Source of the DNA: Planktothrix sp. GU0601_MAG3
Lineage (GTDB): Bacteria > Cyanobacteriota > Cyanobacteriia > Cyanobacteriales > Microcoleaceae
Assembly (NCBI GenBank): GCA_035193785.1
Contig: CP136572.1
Span: 832,001 to 896,000, forward strand
Length of the DNA: 64,000 bases
Direction of reading: 5' to 3'
In this document: piece by piece, positions 47,113 to 59,621 of the stretch
Position numbering within the stretch: the first letter of the stretch is position 1
How the letters are laid out: the number at the start of each line of letters is the position of its first letter
Notes under the pieces: generated by a model
The model's input: the letters and a program-made list of their open reading frames with translations, nothing else
Databases searched by the model: none
What the model was told of the DNA's origin: nothing
Position numbers and translations under genes: made by a program

Positions 47113-47188
47113 AGATTTATGTAAAAATATTAGAGAAAACTAATTGTGTTAGAATAGAATCAGAATAATTATAGGAAATTAACAATAA

Positions 47189-47299
47189 ATGGAAAATACC
47201 GGGGTATTAGATGCGGTGATGGGGGGAATAGCGATCGCAATTTTAATTGGAGGATTAGTAATGCTATTTAAAGGCATTTCATCCATGCCCAAAAATTAA
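47189..47299 (+). CDS. 36-aa single-TM small protein
   Basis: [40 protein letters not shown] upstream; below the ORF-track cutoff. Confidence 0.6.
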   Translation: MENTGVLDAVMGGIAIAILIGGLVMLFKGISSMPKN

Positions 47300-47346
47300 T
47301 GGTAAAATTGATTAATGTAAAAACAATTAGATCAGAATTAAGTCCC

Positions 47347-48231
47347 GTGAATTTTCAATCAATTATTGCTACCCTGAATCAATTTTGGAGCGATCGCGGC
47401 TGTTTGATTGCCCAATCCTATGATACCGAAAAAGGGGCGGGAACCATGAACCCCCATACCTTTTTACGCGCCATTGGCCCCGAACCCTGGTCGGTCGCCT
47501 ATGTCGAACCCTGTCGTCGTCCCACCGATGGCCGTTATGGAGAAAACCCCAACCGTTTTCAGCATTATTATCAATATCAAGTGTTAATTAAACCCTCTCC
47601 TAATAATATTCAAGAGGTTTATTTAGACTCCTTGAGGCTATTAGGAATTCACCCCGAAGATCATGATATTCGGTTTGTCGAAGATAACTGGGAATCTCCC
47701 ACTTTAGGTGCTTGGGGTGTGGGTTGGGAAGTCTGGTTAGATGGGATGGAAATTACTCAATTTACCTATTTTCAACAATGCGGAAGTATTGATTGTCGTC
47801 CCGTTTCTATTGAGATTACCTATGGTTTAGAACGTCTAGCCATGTATCTGCAAAATGTGGATGCAATGACTAAGATTTCCTGGACTGATAGGATTAATTA
47901 TGGGGATGTGCACCTCCAGGGAGAAATAGAACAATGTACCTATAATTTTGAGGCTTCTAACCCAGAATTTTTGTTTACTTTGTTTGGACTTTATGAACAG
48001 GAAGCGGAACAATTAATCGAAAAAGGATTAGTTTTACCGAGTTTAGATTATGTTCTTAAATGTTCCCATAGTTTCAATTTATTGGATGCTAGGGGAGTGA
48101 TTGCGGTAACAGAAAGAACTCGTTATATTGGTCGAATTCGGAATTTAGCCCGACGGGTCGCCCAACGCTATTTAGAGCAGCGAGAACAGTTAGGTTTTCC
48201 CTTAGAAAAAACCTCCCTGGTTGCTCAATAA
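47347..48231 (+). CDS. glyQ: Glycine-tRNA ligase alpha subunit
   Basis: [38 protein letters not shown] and EITYGLERL; likely GTG start at 47347. Confidence 0.97.
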   Translation: MNFQSIIATLNQFWSDRGCLIAQSYDTEKGAGTMNPHTFLRAIGPEPWSVAYVEPCRRPTDGRYGENPNRFQHYYQYQVLIKPSPNNIQEVYLDSLRLLGIHPEDHDIRFVEDNWESPTLGAWGVGWEVWLDGMEITQFTYFQQCGSIDCRPVSIEITYGLERLAMYLQNVDAMTKISWTDRINYGDVHLQGEIEQCTYNFEASNPEFLFTLFGLYEQEAEQLIEKGLVLPSLDYVLKCSHSFNLLDARGVIAVTERTRYIGRIRNLARRVAQRYLEQREQLGFPLEKTSLVAQ

Positions 48232-48324
48232 ATGAGTCGGTTTTTTTTGTATTGCGAGCGTCCTCGCTCGCTAGAATAATTATACGAAATCCCTAAATAT
48301 TTGCTACAGTGGAAAGAGAAAGAT

Positions 48325-48383
48325 GGCGGGTTTATTCAAGTTATCTGTAAGTATCATAATTTATTACAGAAACCCGCCCCTAC
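48325..48383. repeat. REP doublet between convergent glyQ and dnaX
   Basis: GGCGGGTTT...AAACCCGCCCCTAC. Confidence 0.65.
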
Positions 48384-48415
48384 GGGTAAAAACCGAGTAC
48401 CTGTTCCCTGCTAGA

Positions 48416-50417
48416 TCAAAAATCATCATCATTTTCTTCATCCAGATCATCATTTTCAATAAAGCTATCATTTTGATCAATTGCAATAAAATCAGCTTTT
48501 TTGTCTAATAAAGTAGCGGTTTTAGATGTTGGTTTTTCTTCTAATTCAATCATTTTTCCTTGAAAGAAATCGACTAATTTTTGAGAAGCGCTCGCCACCG
48601 CTTCAGTATCTGCTTGTTCAGGACTTATCGGAAGTGTTTCTAATTTTTCAATCGGTTTCAATGAATGATTATTAATCGTTTCGATTTGATTCTGTTTATT
48701 AATATTATGATTTTGAGACTCAGAAATTTGTTGTTGTTCTTGAGTATTAATTACAGGAGGTTGTACAACTTCAGGGGAAGAAAACCTAGGATTTTCCACG
48801 AGAGGATAGGAAGGAGAAGGAGGATTAACTTCTTGAATTTGATTAATAGAATTTCCGCCTCTACTATCAAAATTAATTTTAACAGGATGACCAAAAACCT
48901 GTTGAAATGCTTTTTCTAAATTCGATATTCTCTCTTTAGCCATTTTTAGTACAGGTTCAGAATTCATTTTAATATATGCAATATCAGAATTACACTGGAT
49001 TAAATGTCCTTGTTGCCGAAAGAAAGCTTTTGTTCCATTGGGTTGAATATAATCTAATACCTGTTGCCAAATTTGATCTAAATTGGCATCAATAGCAATA
49101 GGCGGTTTCTGCGGGAGTTGCGGGAATTTCTGCTTTAACTTGCGGTTGGTTTTGCGGTTGAGGTTCTGGGGTATAGGTAGGTTGAGAAATAGGGGAATTA
49201 ACTGGGTTTTGTGGCGGGTTTGAAGGTTCTGAACGTTGCACAAAGGGAATAGTTTCCGGTTGAGGTTGAACCATTCTTTGAGGAGTTTGGGTAACAGTAA
49301 CCGTTTGAGTTATTACAGATTTTTGTAACGCGCTGGGAAGTAAACCTAATAAGATAATTTCTAACCATAAACGCGGTTGGGTTGAATGTTTAATTTGAAC
49401 TTCACTTTCGCGTAAATGTTTCTGACCTGCTAATATAATTGTACTATCCCAACGGTGGGAAAATTGACAAAGTTGTTCCCAAGTTGGTTGGGTTAAAGCA
49501 ACTAAATCAGAACGAGTTGGTGCGGTTTTAGCAATTAATAAATCTCGATAAAATCCGGCTAAATTTTGCAGGACAATTAAAGGTTCCCGTCCTCGGTTTA
49601 ATAGGTTACGAATACAGTCTAAAATAATAGCTGTATCCCCGGAATCAATGGCTTTTAACAAACTCATTAAGTCCCGTTCAGGAACCGCCCCCACTAAATC
49701 CCAGACTTTTTCAACGGTAATTTCACCCGATAATAAACTGAGTTGATCCAGCAAACTTTCGGCATCCCTTAACCCTCCTTGGGCAATTTGAGCTACCATA
49801 AAAACCGCATCATCAGCAATATTAATATTTTCCTGTTGGGCAATATATTTTAAATGTTTGATCATCGAATCTAGGGGGATGCGTCGAAAATCAAACCGTT
49901 GACATCGAGAAATAATTGTGGGTAAAACCCGTTGGGGGTCGGTTGTTGCTAATACAAATACAACTCGATCTGGAGGTTCTTCTAAGGTTTTTAATAGGGC
50001 ATTAAATGCGGCGGTACTTAACATATGACATTCATCTATAACATATACTTTATACCGACATTGAACCGGGGCAAATTGCGCTCGCTCAATTAATTCCCTA
50101 ATATTATCAACCCCGGTATTACTGGCGGCGTCAATTTCAATCACATCTAAGGTTGAGCCATTGGTAATGCCTTTACAAATATCACAAACCCCGCAAGGGG
50201 CGGCCGTGGGAGTGGCATTGGCCGAACAATTTAGAGATTTGGCCAAAATTCTGGCACTCGAAGTTTTTCCCGTTCCCCTTGGCCCGGTAAATAGGTAAGC
50301 CGGGGCGATGCGTTGAGACTCGATCGCATTGGTGAGGGTGGTGGAGATCGCCTCTTGTCCGACCAAATGGGCAAAGGTTTGGGGACGGTATTTGTGGTGT
50401 AGGGGTTCGTAACTCAC
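48416..50417 (-). CDS. dnaX: DNA polymerase III subunit gamma/tau; insertion at ~49107
   Basis: KYRPQTF, GPRGTGKTS, DECHMLS, LLKTLEEPP and SRCQRF; C-terminal domain lies in the second ORF. Confidence 0.95.
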
Positions 50418-50873
50418 AACGCAATACTAAAATCAAGGGAATAGGAAACATTCTTAGCTAGAATAGCAGTAGAGTAGAAGTATAAACCTGGCTTGCAGTG
50501 TAACATAAAAACTTCAGGGTTCCGGTAAGGTACAGAGGGAACTATCCAGTCTATTGTTTAGTGAGTTTTTACTAAATCCTAGGCAATGGAATGGAATCTT
50601 TGATAACTTAGAGTTAAATAATTCGATCATGGCAATATCAGGGGTCTATTTTTGTTTCTCTTAATCGCCTTACTAGAAATTGACAAAACCGAAATTCATG
50701 GGATTTATGAATAACATTAAAGGAGAAAAAACGAGCAATTAAAATAAATTTAATCCGGTCGTTAGAAGACTACAGATGTGCTATTGTCCCACTGTTTTCA
50801 TTTTAACATATCTTGGATCGTAGTTTTACCCCAAATTACAAAAATTGAGTCTACAGTTTAGCGATTATAACTT

Positions 50874-51756
50874 ATGTCTAATCAAATTATCCTAGTTCAG
50901 CCTTTACTGGCAGCAAAGCCCCCAAAACCTCCGGCTAAAGGCTCCCAAGTGAGTCCGGATCTAATCTGGATGGGGGCGACGGGTGTTTTGTTTGTTTTAC
51001 TATTAGGAAGTATAGTTTTTTTCAAAATAAAAACTAGGGCTTTAACTAAACAGGTAAACACGGAAATATTTAGGAATAAAGAGCTACAGAAAAAATACAA
51101 ACTGGCGGTGGGTACTGTTGCCAAAATGGAGAAGAATCCCGACTTAATTCACTCCCGGGAATTTAACTTAGATTATCTGAGAATGCGGATGGCGGAGGAT
51201 GTTTTCCACTATGCCATTATTGTGCAAATTAAGATGAAAGTTAAACAACAAATTTCCATCGCCCTCCGTCCGACTCAAACCGCCGTTGGAGAACAAAGCA
51301 ATGCTGGAACAGCCCGTCAGGTCGATTCTATCTTTGATGTAGAATATGAGACGGGTATTGCTGGAGACTCTAAAAAACGAGTATTATTTCGGATTCAAGT
51401 GCGACTAATGAAGTTACCAACCCAATCGACATCAACTACAATTAATGAAATTATTGATTGTTTGGAAACCTATTTAAGTCCCAGTGATGAACATGATAAT
51501 TGGCAACCTACTATTCAAGGACGAATTGTTCATATTGAGTGGGATCAAAAAGCCAAACCCACACCTTTATTGGTATTAGAAACAATCGAATGAAGGAGTT
51601 AATGTTACCTTCCGTACCACTCGACCTGCGGGGATTAAATCATCACCCCACGAGACTCCTGTTGAGGAAACAACCCAGGGTAAAAATCAAGGTAAAACTC
51701 AAGGTAAAACTCAAAGAAAAAAAAGCGGCAAATCGGAATCTACTAAATTTACTTAA
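50874..51756 (+). CDS. Hypothetical protein with N-terminal TM helix; insertion at ~51581
   Basis: Long ORF, TM helix then coiled coil; repaired frame continues LEQSNEGVNVTFRT...KFT*. Confidence 0.65.
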
Positions 51757-51823
51757 GAAAAGTGATCCGTTATCCTAAATATATCTGGGTTGCTCTAAAA
51801 CGGGCTTGATTTTTTTCAGGCTA

Positions 51824-52564
51824 TTAGTTTTTAGTCAGATCAAATAAAACCGTTGTCATATAGTTATCTGCCCATTCTTCACCAAAGGCTTTTTCTAGGA
51901 CACGGCGGGTTTTATCATTTTGTTGTTGTTGAGTACAATACCGTTCTTGACCAGCAATGATGTCTGATTTCTGTTCCTCGGAAATCGGCTTTTGAGCGAT
52001 CGCATATTCACAATGAACTTTCAAATATTGCGTTACAATTTGCAAAAATTGAGTTTCTTCTTCCGGTGTTGTCGGTCGAATAAATAAACAAAATTCCGAA
52101 AAAATATCTCCCCAAGTCGGAATTTCCCGGGGTTGGGAAAACTGTTTTTCCGGTTGCGGTTGTAATTGCTTTTGATAAGGTAAGGGTAAACTACGGTCTA
52201 AATGGGTTGGGGATAAATCCACAATGGCGGCACTAATTTGGCCCCGTCCCCCGACTAAATCGGCCCCAAACATGGGGATATCATATTCGACCCGAGGAAA
52301 CATCACGCAATGGAGAATATCCAGATTTTGGCCAACTTTGGCTAATTCTAAATGCAGTTTGCGAAAATGTTGGGTTTGATAACACTTATTTTCAATGATC
52401 AGTTTTTCCCCTTCTAGGCGTCCCTCCACATACCCTAAATCCTCCGGTAAATGGTAGGGTTCCAAATCCAGATATTGGTTCCAACTAGCCTGAATTTGGT
52501 CAGCGAGTTGATGGATTAGGGAGTGCTGTTGTTCTCGGATAGAGACAGGGGAAGTGTTGACCAT
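51824..52564 (-). CDS. pcyA: Phycocyanobilin:ferredoxin oxidoreductase
   Basis: [28 protein letters not shown] and [16 protein letters not shown]. Confidence 0.96.
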   Translation of the reverse strand: MVNTSPVSIREQQHSLIHQLADQIQASWNQYLDLEPYHLPEDLGYVEGRLEGEKLIIENKCYQTQHFRKLHLELAKVGQNLDILHCVMFPRVEYDIPMFGADLVGGRGQISAAIVDLSPTHLDRSLPLPYQKQLQPQPEKQFSQPREIPTWGDIFSEFCLFIRPTTPEEETQFLQIVTQYLKVHCEYAIAQKPISEEQKSDIIAGQERYCTQQQQNDKTRRVLEKAFGEEWADNYMTTVLFDLTKN

Positions 52565-52654
52565 TTTAGAAATTTACTTATTTCGGGCTCATATTATAGA
52601 ATATCAGTTTAGGATGAAGGTTAACTCATCCCTTTATAAAGGCAGCTTCAGATT

Positions 52655-52849
52655 ATGTTTGGTTTAGGTTGGCCGGAAATCGCAATTATTTTAGTGGTGG
52701 CGGTGTTAATTTTTGGGCCTAAAAAAATTCCCGAAATTGGGAAAAGTTTAGGTCAAAGTCTCAAGGGGTTTAAAGATGGACTCTCCACACCCCCAGAGGT
52801 TTCTGATTCAGTCCCCCCCGAGACGGAACAGAATTCCCACAAGTCTTAA
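52655..52849 (+). CDS. tatA: Twin-arginine translocase TatA/E
   Basis: MFGLGWPE...LIFGPKKIPEIGKSLG..LKGFK. Confidence 0.93.
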   Translation: MFGLGWPEIAIILVVAVLIFGPKKIPEIGKSLGQSLKGFKDGLSTPPEVSDSVPPETEQNSHKS

Positions 52850-52865
52850 TTTCTTCCCAACCTCC

Positions 52866-53905
52866 TAGGGGCGGGTTCCGTAGCAATATCTATTTCCAAC
52901 AACTAATAATCATCAACCCGTCCCACCCAGCAATAATATGAAATTAATCGTTGTAGGGGCGGGTTTCCGTAGCAATATCTGTTTCCAACAACTAATAATC
53001 ATCAACCCGTCCCACCCAGCAATAATATGGAATTAATCGTTGTAGGGCGGGTTCCGTAGAAATATCTGTTTCCAACAACTAATAATCATCAACCCGTCCC
53101 ACCCCACAATAATATGGAATTAATCGTTGTAGGGGCGGGTTCCGTAGCAATATCTATTTCCAACAACTAATAATCATCAACCCGTCCCACCCCGCAATAA
53201 TATGGAATTAATCGCTGTAGGGGCGGGTTCCGTAGCAATATCTGTTTCCAACAACTAATAATCATAAACCCGTCCCACCCAGCAATAATATGGAATTAAT
53301 CGTTGTAGGGGCGGGTTCCGTAGCAATATCTGTTTCCAACAACTAATAATCATCAACCCGTCCCACCCAGCAATAATATGAAATTAATCGTTGTAGGGGC
53401 GGGTTCCGTAGCAATATCTGTTTCCAACAACTAATAATCATCAACCCGTCCCACCCAGCAATAATATGGAATTAATCGTTGTAGGGCGGGTTCCGTAGAA
53501 ATATCTGTTTCCAACAACTAATAATCATCAACCCGTCCCACCCCACAATAATATGGAATTAATCGTTGTAGGGGCGGGTTCCGTAGCAATATCTATTTCC
53601 AACAACTAATAATCATCAACCCGTCCCACCCAGCAATAATATGGAATTAATCGTTGTAGGGGCGGGTTTCCGTAGCAATATCTATTTCCAACAACTAATA
53701 ATCATCAACCCGTCCCACCCCACAATAATATGGAATTAATCGTTGTAGGGGCGGGTTCCGTAGCAATATCTGTTTCCAACAACTAATAATCATCAACCCG
53801 TCCCACCCAGCAATAATATGGAATTAATCGTTGTAGGGGCGGGTTCCGTAGCAATATCTGTTTCCAACAACTAATAATCATCAACCCGTCCCACCCCGCA
53901 ATAAT
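52866..53905. repeat. Tandem array of 12 near-identical ~88-bp REP-doublet units
   Basis: Unit GTAGGGGCGGGTTCCGTAGCAATATCTGTTTCCAACAACTAATAATCATCAACCCGTCCCACCCAGCAATAATATGGAATTAATCGTT; starts at about 52866, 52953, 53042, 53129, 53217, 53305, 53393, 53481, 53568, 53656, 53745 and 53833. Confidence 0.95.
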
Positions 53906-53947
53906 TTTGGCAGATTGTTTGTGGTTTGTGGTTTGTGGGTAGTAGTC

Positions 53948-54066
53948 GGGGCGGGTTTTGGGAGGTTGTTTGTGGGTAGCAAAGGTTAACTCGAACCCGC
54001 CCCTACAGAAGTTGCCCCTACAGAAGTTGCCCCTACAGAACCCGGCCCTACAGAAGTTGCCCCTAT
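53948..54066. repeat. Oppositely oriented REP doublet plus tandem 15-mers (GCCCCTACAGAAGTT)n
   Basis: Direct reading; abuts the cphA stop. Confidence 0.7.
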
Positions 54067-56769
54067 AGTGTGATAGAAGATTTGATCACAGTTGAGGCAT
54101 TAAGACTCGGAGAATGGGAGTTGTTATTAGACTCCGGGATGGGGTTGCGAACCTCAATTAATTTGATCGCGCGATTCACACTTTCGGGTAAAATCACCAC
54201 CAAAGATCCTGCCCCAGCCCGATCCAAAGCCGTATTCACCGCTTGGGTTTCATTCAGAATCGTTTCATAACGTACCCGAGGGTCAGGAACAGGGCCTAAA
54301 ATCTGCTGAATCCCTTGGCTGATAAACTGCGCCGCCGAACCCCGTTCCCGGCCGCGGGTATCATCATCCTCCTTGACAATAATCTCATCAAAGATGTCCG
54401 CCGCCAGTTGACCCAAGGTGACAAAATCCTCATCTCGGCGATCGCCCGGGCCACCAATCACCCCAATTCGAGGCCCGGGCCAATTTTTCACAAACGCCCC
54501 TAAAGCGACGTAACTGGCGGGGTTATGGGCATAATCAATCAGGGCGTGATAACTACCCATATTAAATAAATTCATCCGTCCGGGGGTTTGGGATGTCGAG
54601 GCGATAAAGGTTGACAAACCCGCCCGAATATGCTCTATTTTCACCCCTTGGGCAAAGGCGGCTAAACAAGCGGCCAAAGCATTAGCAATCATAAAGGGAG
54701 CGAGACCATTCATCGTGATCGGAACATTCACCGCCTGTTCAATCCGTAGCGTCCAATCTCCTTTTAGAATCGACAGATAGCCATTTTCATAGACGGCGGC
54801 TAATCCCCCTGATTCCGTGTGTTTCAGGACAATTTCATTATCAGGATTCATGGTGAAATAGGCGATTTGAGCCTTCACCCGTTCGGCCATTTGCACAACT
54901 AAAGGATCATCAGCGTTAAGTACCGCATAGCCTTTCGGCATCACCACTTCGGCCACCACGCTTTTCACCTTCGCCATTTGTTCCAGGGTATCAATATCCC
55001 CCAATCCCAAATGATCCGCCGACACATTCAAGACCACCCCGACATCACAGGTATCAAAGCCTAACCCCGCCCGCAGAATGCCACCCCGGGCACATTCGAG
55101 CACCGCAACTTCCACCATCGGATCTCGCAGAATCAGTTGGGCGCTTTGGGGCCCGGTATTGTCCCCGGGTTCGGCCAAATGTTCCCCAATATAAATCCCG
55201 TCGGTGGTGGTATATCCCACCGATAAACCCGTTTGTTTGATGATGTGAGCTAATAAACGGGTAGTAGTGGTTTTCCCATTGGTTCCAGTGACGGCTAAAA
55301 TCGGGACGCGACTGGGTTGACCAGGGGGGAACAACATATCCATCACCGCCCCCGCCACATTTCGGGGTAAGCCTTCACTGGGGGCGACGTGCATTCGGAA
55401 CCCCGGGGCGGCGTTGACTTCCACCACAACCCCATCGACTTCCCGCAGAGGTTTGGAAATATCGGGTGTTACCACATCAATTCCGGCAATATCCAAACCG
55501 ATAATTTTAGCAATCCGAGCAAATAGCCAAACGTTATCTGGGTGGACTTCATCGGTGCGGTCAATGGCACTGCCCCCCGTACTTAGGTTGGCCGTAGCCC
55601 GCAGGAAACAGACTTCTCCCGGGGGCATGACGGTTTCTAGGGTATGGCCTTTTTCCGCAATCATGGACAGCACGGTTTTATCCACCACAATCCGAGTCAG
55701 GACATTATCATGGCCATCACCCCGACGGGGATCACGGTTGGTTTTTTCGATTAACTCTGTAATGGTTAATTTGCCATCCCCGACTACATGGGCCGGAACC
55801 CGTTCCGCCACGGCCACCATTTTGCCATTTACCACTAATACCCGATGATCTCGACCGGTGTAGAAGCGTTTCCAAAATCACACTGCGGGTTTTAGAGGCA
55901 TTACCGGCTTCCTCGTAGGCCATCACCGCCGTTTCCCATTTGGTAATATCCAGGGTAATCCCGCGGCCATGGTTGCCATCGAGGGGCTTAATGGCAATCG
56001 GATAACCTCCGACTTCATCAATGGCATCTTGGAGTTCATCCAAATAGCGAATCACCGTCCCCCGGGGCACCGGAACCCCGGCATCCCTAAGAATTTGTTT
56101 TGTCCCTTCCTTATCACAGGCTAATTCTACGGCTAAGACCCCGGTTTGGTTGCTCAGGGTGGCTTGAATCCGTTTTTGATAGCAACCATAGCCAAACTGA
56201 ATCATAAACCGAGCATTCAGTTGCTGCCAGGGAATATCCCGGGCTTCGGCTTCTTTAATAATGGTTTCTGTGCTAGGGCCAAGGGAGGATTGAGCTTTTA
56301 ATTCCTTGAGATCTTCAATATCTTGGGCGAGTTCTTCGCTGGGATAGGTGCCCGTGTCGGCAATACTTTGACACAATCGGACAGCCGCGCGACCCGCATA
56401 GCGTCCGGCGTGTTCGTTATCATACTCAAACGCCACCTGAAAAATCCCCGGACTGGAGGTTTCTCGGGTACGGCCAAATCCTACGGGCATTCCGGCTAAC
56501 TGTTGCAACTCTAGGGCAACGTGTTCAATAATGTGTCCCATTAAAGTTCCCCGTTCCACCCGACTGAGGAATCCCCCTCGGACACCCGGTGAGCAGTGAT
56601 GTTCAATTAAACTCGGGAGAGCGGAGGTTAAGCCGTTATAGAAGCCCGGAATATCGCTGCTATAACGTTCGGTTAATTCTTCTAAATCCAAACGCATCAC
56701 AATCAGTTGATGACGTCGGATACTCCAGTAATTAGGGCCTCTTAAGGTTTGTATTTTAAGAATTTTCAT
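54063..56769 (-). CDS. cphA: Cyanophycin synthetase; insertion at ~55870
   Basis: MKILKIQTLRGPNYWS, KPLDGNHGRG, EVNAAPGFRMH and AVTGTNGKTTT. Confidence 0.96.
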
Positions 56770-57021
56770 ATTCGTGTGAGTATAATGCTCCGAATGTGCC
56801 GGGGTGATAGTCCACTTTATTAAATTTCCAGCTAAGGCGACTTGTAAACTGTTTGCCGTGAACAGTTTTTCCGAACTATAGAAATTTAGGAGATTAGAGT
56901 GGTGGGGATTTCAAATTTTCGAGATCTGCCCATTCCCCATCGCCCCTAATCAGGGTTTCCCATCTTCAAATCAGAAGGAAAACCTTGGTATTGGTCAAGT
57001 TCACCGATCCTGTCTATAAAT

Positions 57022-57877
57022 TTACACGCTCGGAGCAGAACTTGGACGACGGGAGTGGAAGTTATACTGATCACCATAGGATAGAATATGTACCCGCAAA
57101 TTGAAGACACTTAGGGGGTCGGTGGCTCCTGCATTCACCAAATTGGTGTAGGACATTTCGTGGGTATCCACAATGGTCACGCACCCTTTTCCCACCACCC
57201 GCAGTAAGCCTTGGGCTTCAAATAAGGCACAGGTATCTTCATCAATGCCAATACCCACTTTATCGGGATGGGCTGCCACCGCACTTACCAGTCGCGCCAT
57301 GCGATTCCGATTATGGAAGTGTTGATCGACAACTAATTCTGGCACGATGTCTAAGCCCGTTGCCATGTCCACCAGGGAGCGATTGGGAGACTCCCCACTG
57401 CCGCCTCCGGCAATCATGTGGTGGCCCATTACGGCGGCTCCAGCACTGGTTCCAGCTAAAGCCATGCGCCCCTGTCTGGCTCCGGTTCTAATTTTTTCCA
57501 TCAGCAGGGTATCGGCTAATAAGCTATAAAGCCGCAATTGATCCCCCCCGGTCATAAATACCCCGGTACAGGTTTCTAAGAAGGCGTGCCACTTGGGATC
57601 TTCACAATGATGGCGTTCCCGAATATCAAAGACGGCAATGGATTTTGCCCCCATTTCCTCAAAGATTTTTTGGTATCTCTCTCCCTGAATTGCTGGTTTC
57701 ACGGGAGGCGGAGGGAATGATGGCAAGGTGGGCGTTGGAAGCACCAGCCCGGTGAACAAAGGTTTGCAGAATCTCACGTCCATGAACTTTGTCTTCTGCT
57801 CCACCAATAATCATGATAGAGGTTTTGGTTTGTTGGGGAATCATTTGTTCAAGGGCTTGAGATGTCAACTGCTGCAT
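57022..57877 (-). CDS. cphB: Cyanophycinase; insertion at ~57698
   Basis: IIGGAEDK, MTGGDQLRL, GTSAGAA, DQHFHNRNR and GIDEDT. Confidence 0.95.
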
Positions 57878-58180
57878 AGTGTGTCTCCTCGAATCAATCT
57901 ATACTGGGTTCAGCTACGGGAGTGGGAGTGATGAGTTTTGCCCTCATATTCGATGGGGCTGGTTTTGATTCCTCTGTGGAGACAGAGATCACCGGATCTC
58001 CCAACCTCCTCAATCGGAATTCACCGGGTGGAGTCCTCTGACGGGAGGGGAAAGGTCACGGGTTTTTCGTGGTAGTCACCTAAAGGATTAGCTTTGGACT
58101 CCCAATTCTTTCACGGGTTAATTTCCAACCGAACCCAGTTCGGGGAGCAAAGCCCGAGTCAAAAAAGCTGCTCCATTTTA

Positions 58181-58194
58181 GTATATTTTGATAC
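58181..58194 (-). promoter_or_regulatory. NtcA-type box upstream of cphBA
   Basis: Minus strand GTA-TCAAAATA-TAC matches GTA-N8-TAC; a nitrogen-storage operon is a plausible NtcA target. Confidence 0.6.
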
Positions 58195-58299
58195 GAATTA
58201 ACAAATATTTTAGTTTATCGACTATCATATACCATGAGATGTTTGTTACAAGTTTGAGCCTAAAAAAATTTTAAGCCTAAGTGGTCAACTAATAATACT

Positions 58300-59004
58300 G
58301 TGCGTTTTGACATTATTACTCTATTCCCTGATTTTTTTACTTCTCCCCTTAACTCAGGCCTCCTGGGCAAAGCTCTGGGGAAGGAAATTGCCCATGTCCA
58401 TTTAGTTAATCCCCGGGACTTCACTCAGGACAAACATCACCGGGTTGACGATGAACCCTTTGGGGGCGGTGTGGGTATGGTCTTAAAACCAGAACCGATT
58501 TATGCGGCGGTTGAGTCTTTACCCCAACTCCCTCGTCGGGAAGTGATTTTTTTAACTCCCCAAGGGGAACAAATGCACCAAGAGCTATTCCGAAATTTAG
58601 CGTTAAACTGTGATCAGATTGTTTTAATTTGCGGACATTATGAGGGCATTGATGAACGAATTATCCCCTTAGTAACCCGGGAAGTTTCGTTGGGAGATTT
58701 TGTTCTTACCGGGGGAGAAATTCCGGCAATGGCACTTTTAAATGGAGTTGTGCGATTATTACCTGGAACGGTTGGAAAGGAGGAATCTCTCAAAGCTGAA
58801 AGTTTTGAACAGGGATTACTCGATTATCCCCACTATACTCGACCTGCTGAATTTAGAGGAATGCCAGTTCCTGATGTTTTATTATCAGGACATCATGGCA
58901 AAATTGAGCAATGGCGAAAACAACAACAACTTCAGCGTACCCGTGAGCGCCGCCCGGATTTATGGCAAGATTGGATACAAGAACACCCGGAGGAACAGGT
59001 CTAG
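58300..59004 (+). CDS. trmD: tRNA (guanine-N1)-methyltransferase
   Basis: VDDEPFGGGVGM, CGHYEGIDER, SLGDFVLTGGE and LDYPHYTRP. Confidence 0.97.
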   Translation: MRFDIITLFPDFFTSPLNSGLLGKALGKEIAHVHLVNPRDFTQDKHHRVDDEPFGGGVGMVLKPEPIYAAVESLPQLPRREVIFLTPQGEQMHQELFRNLALNCDQIVLICGHYEGIDERIIPLVTREVSLGDFVLTGGEIPAMALLNGVVRLLPGTVGKEESLKAESFEQGLLDYPHYTRPAEFRGMPVPDVLLSGHHGKIEQWRKQQQLQRTRERRPDLWQDWIQEHPEEQV

Positions 59005-59129
59005 TCCCCCCGTATTTTCCCTGAGTTTGCCTTTCTAACCTATGAAACTGAAGCAGTCAACGTTTGGTTTTGATTCTAGCCTCTGGTCGCTAATCGTTAA
59101 GGGCTGAAGTTTATTCGTTTTTGATCCCT

Positions 59130-59490
59130 ATGAATACTGATACCCCGGAAGAATTAATTCAAGCGATTGATTTGGCATTAGGTCAAGGGAATTTTAATCA
59201 AGCTAAAACCCTTTCTCATCAAGCCAGTCAAGATTATCCTAATCACGATAAAATTCAACGCTATGCTAGGATTTTGTCATCATCTAATGTGCCTTTTCAG
59301 CAACTCTCCCGCAACCCTGATACTCCTTTAAATCTCAATTGGGTAATTCGGCATCGTCAAGATTATCGAGGCAGATGGGTGGCTTTGGAAAAAGGTAATT
59401 TAATTGCGGATGCGGGTTTCCCTTGATGAATTATTTACTCAGGTGGGAAAGGAAAAAATGAAGGATTTATTTTATACCATTGTTTATTAA
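59130..59490 (+). CDS. Hypothetical protein (DUF5678-like C-terminus); insertion at ~59418
   Basis: W...HRQDYRGRWVAL..G.LIA; repaired frame ends DLFYTIVY*. Confidence 0.55.
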
Positions 59491-59621
59491 GTAGAGGCAT
59501 ACTTTTTCGGTCTGGGTTGGAAGCAGATATTGATTAAATAAATGGAGCATTTCCCCATGAGTTAAATTAGAAATGCTACTATTAATAGTATGGTTTCGGT
59601 TTATTGGTGAAAAAGGTTAAG

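Noticed and set aside
49089..49243. Programmed ribosomal frameshift in dnaX producing gamma and tau
   Set aside because: No A-AAA-AAG or long A-run slippery site at the break; it is repaired by the same GAAAC to GAAC correction as about 25 other sites
52866..53905. CRISPR array
   Set aside because: Whole 88-bp units are near-identical with no unique spacers; units are REP doublets and there are no cas genes in the window
7693..57877. Mass pseudogenisation (treZ, treY, treS, cyclase, cphA, cphB and others)
   Set aside because: All breaks are +1 at one motif, essential dnaX is affected, and there are no accompanying nonsense mutations or decay; a sequencing artefact is far more likely
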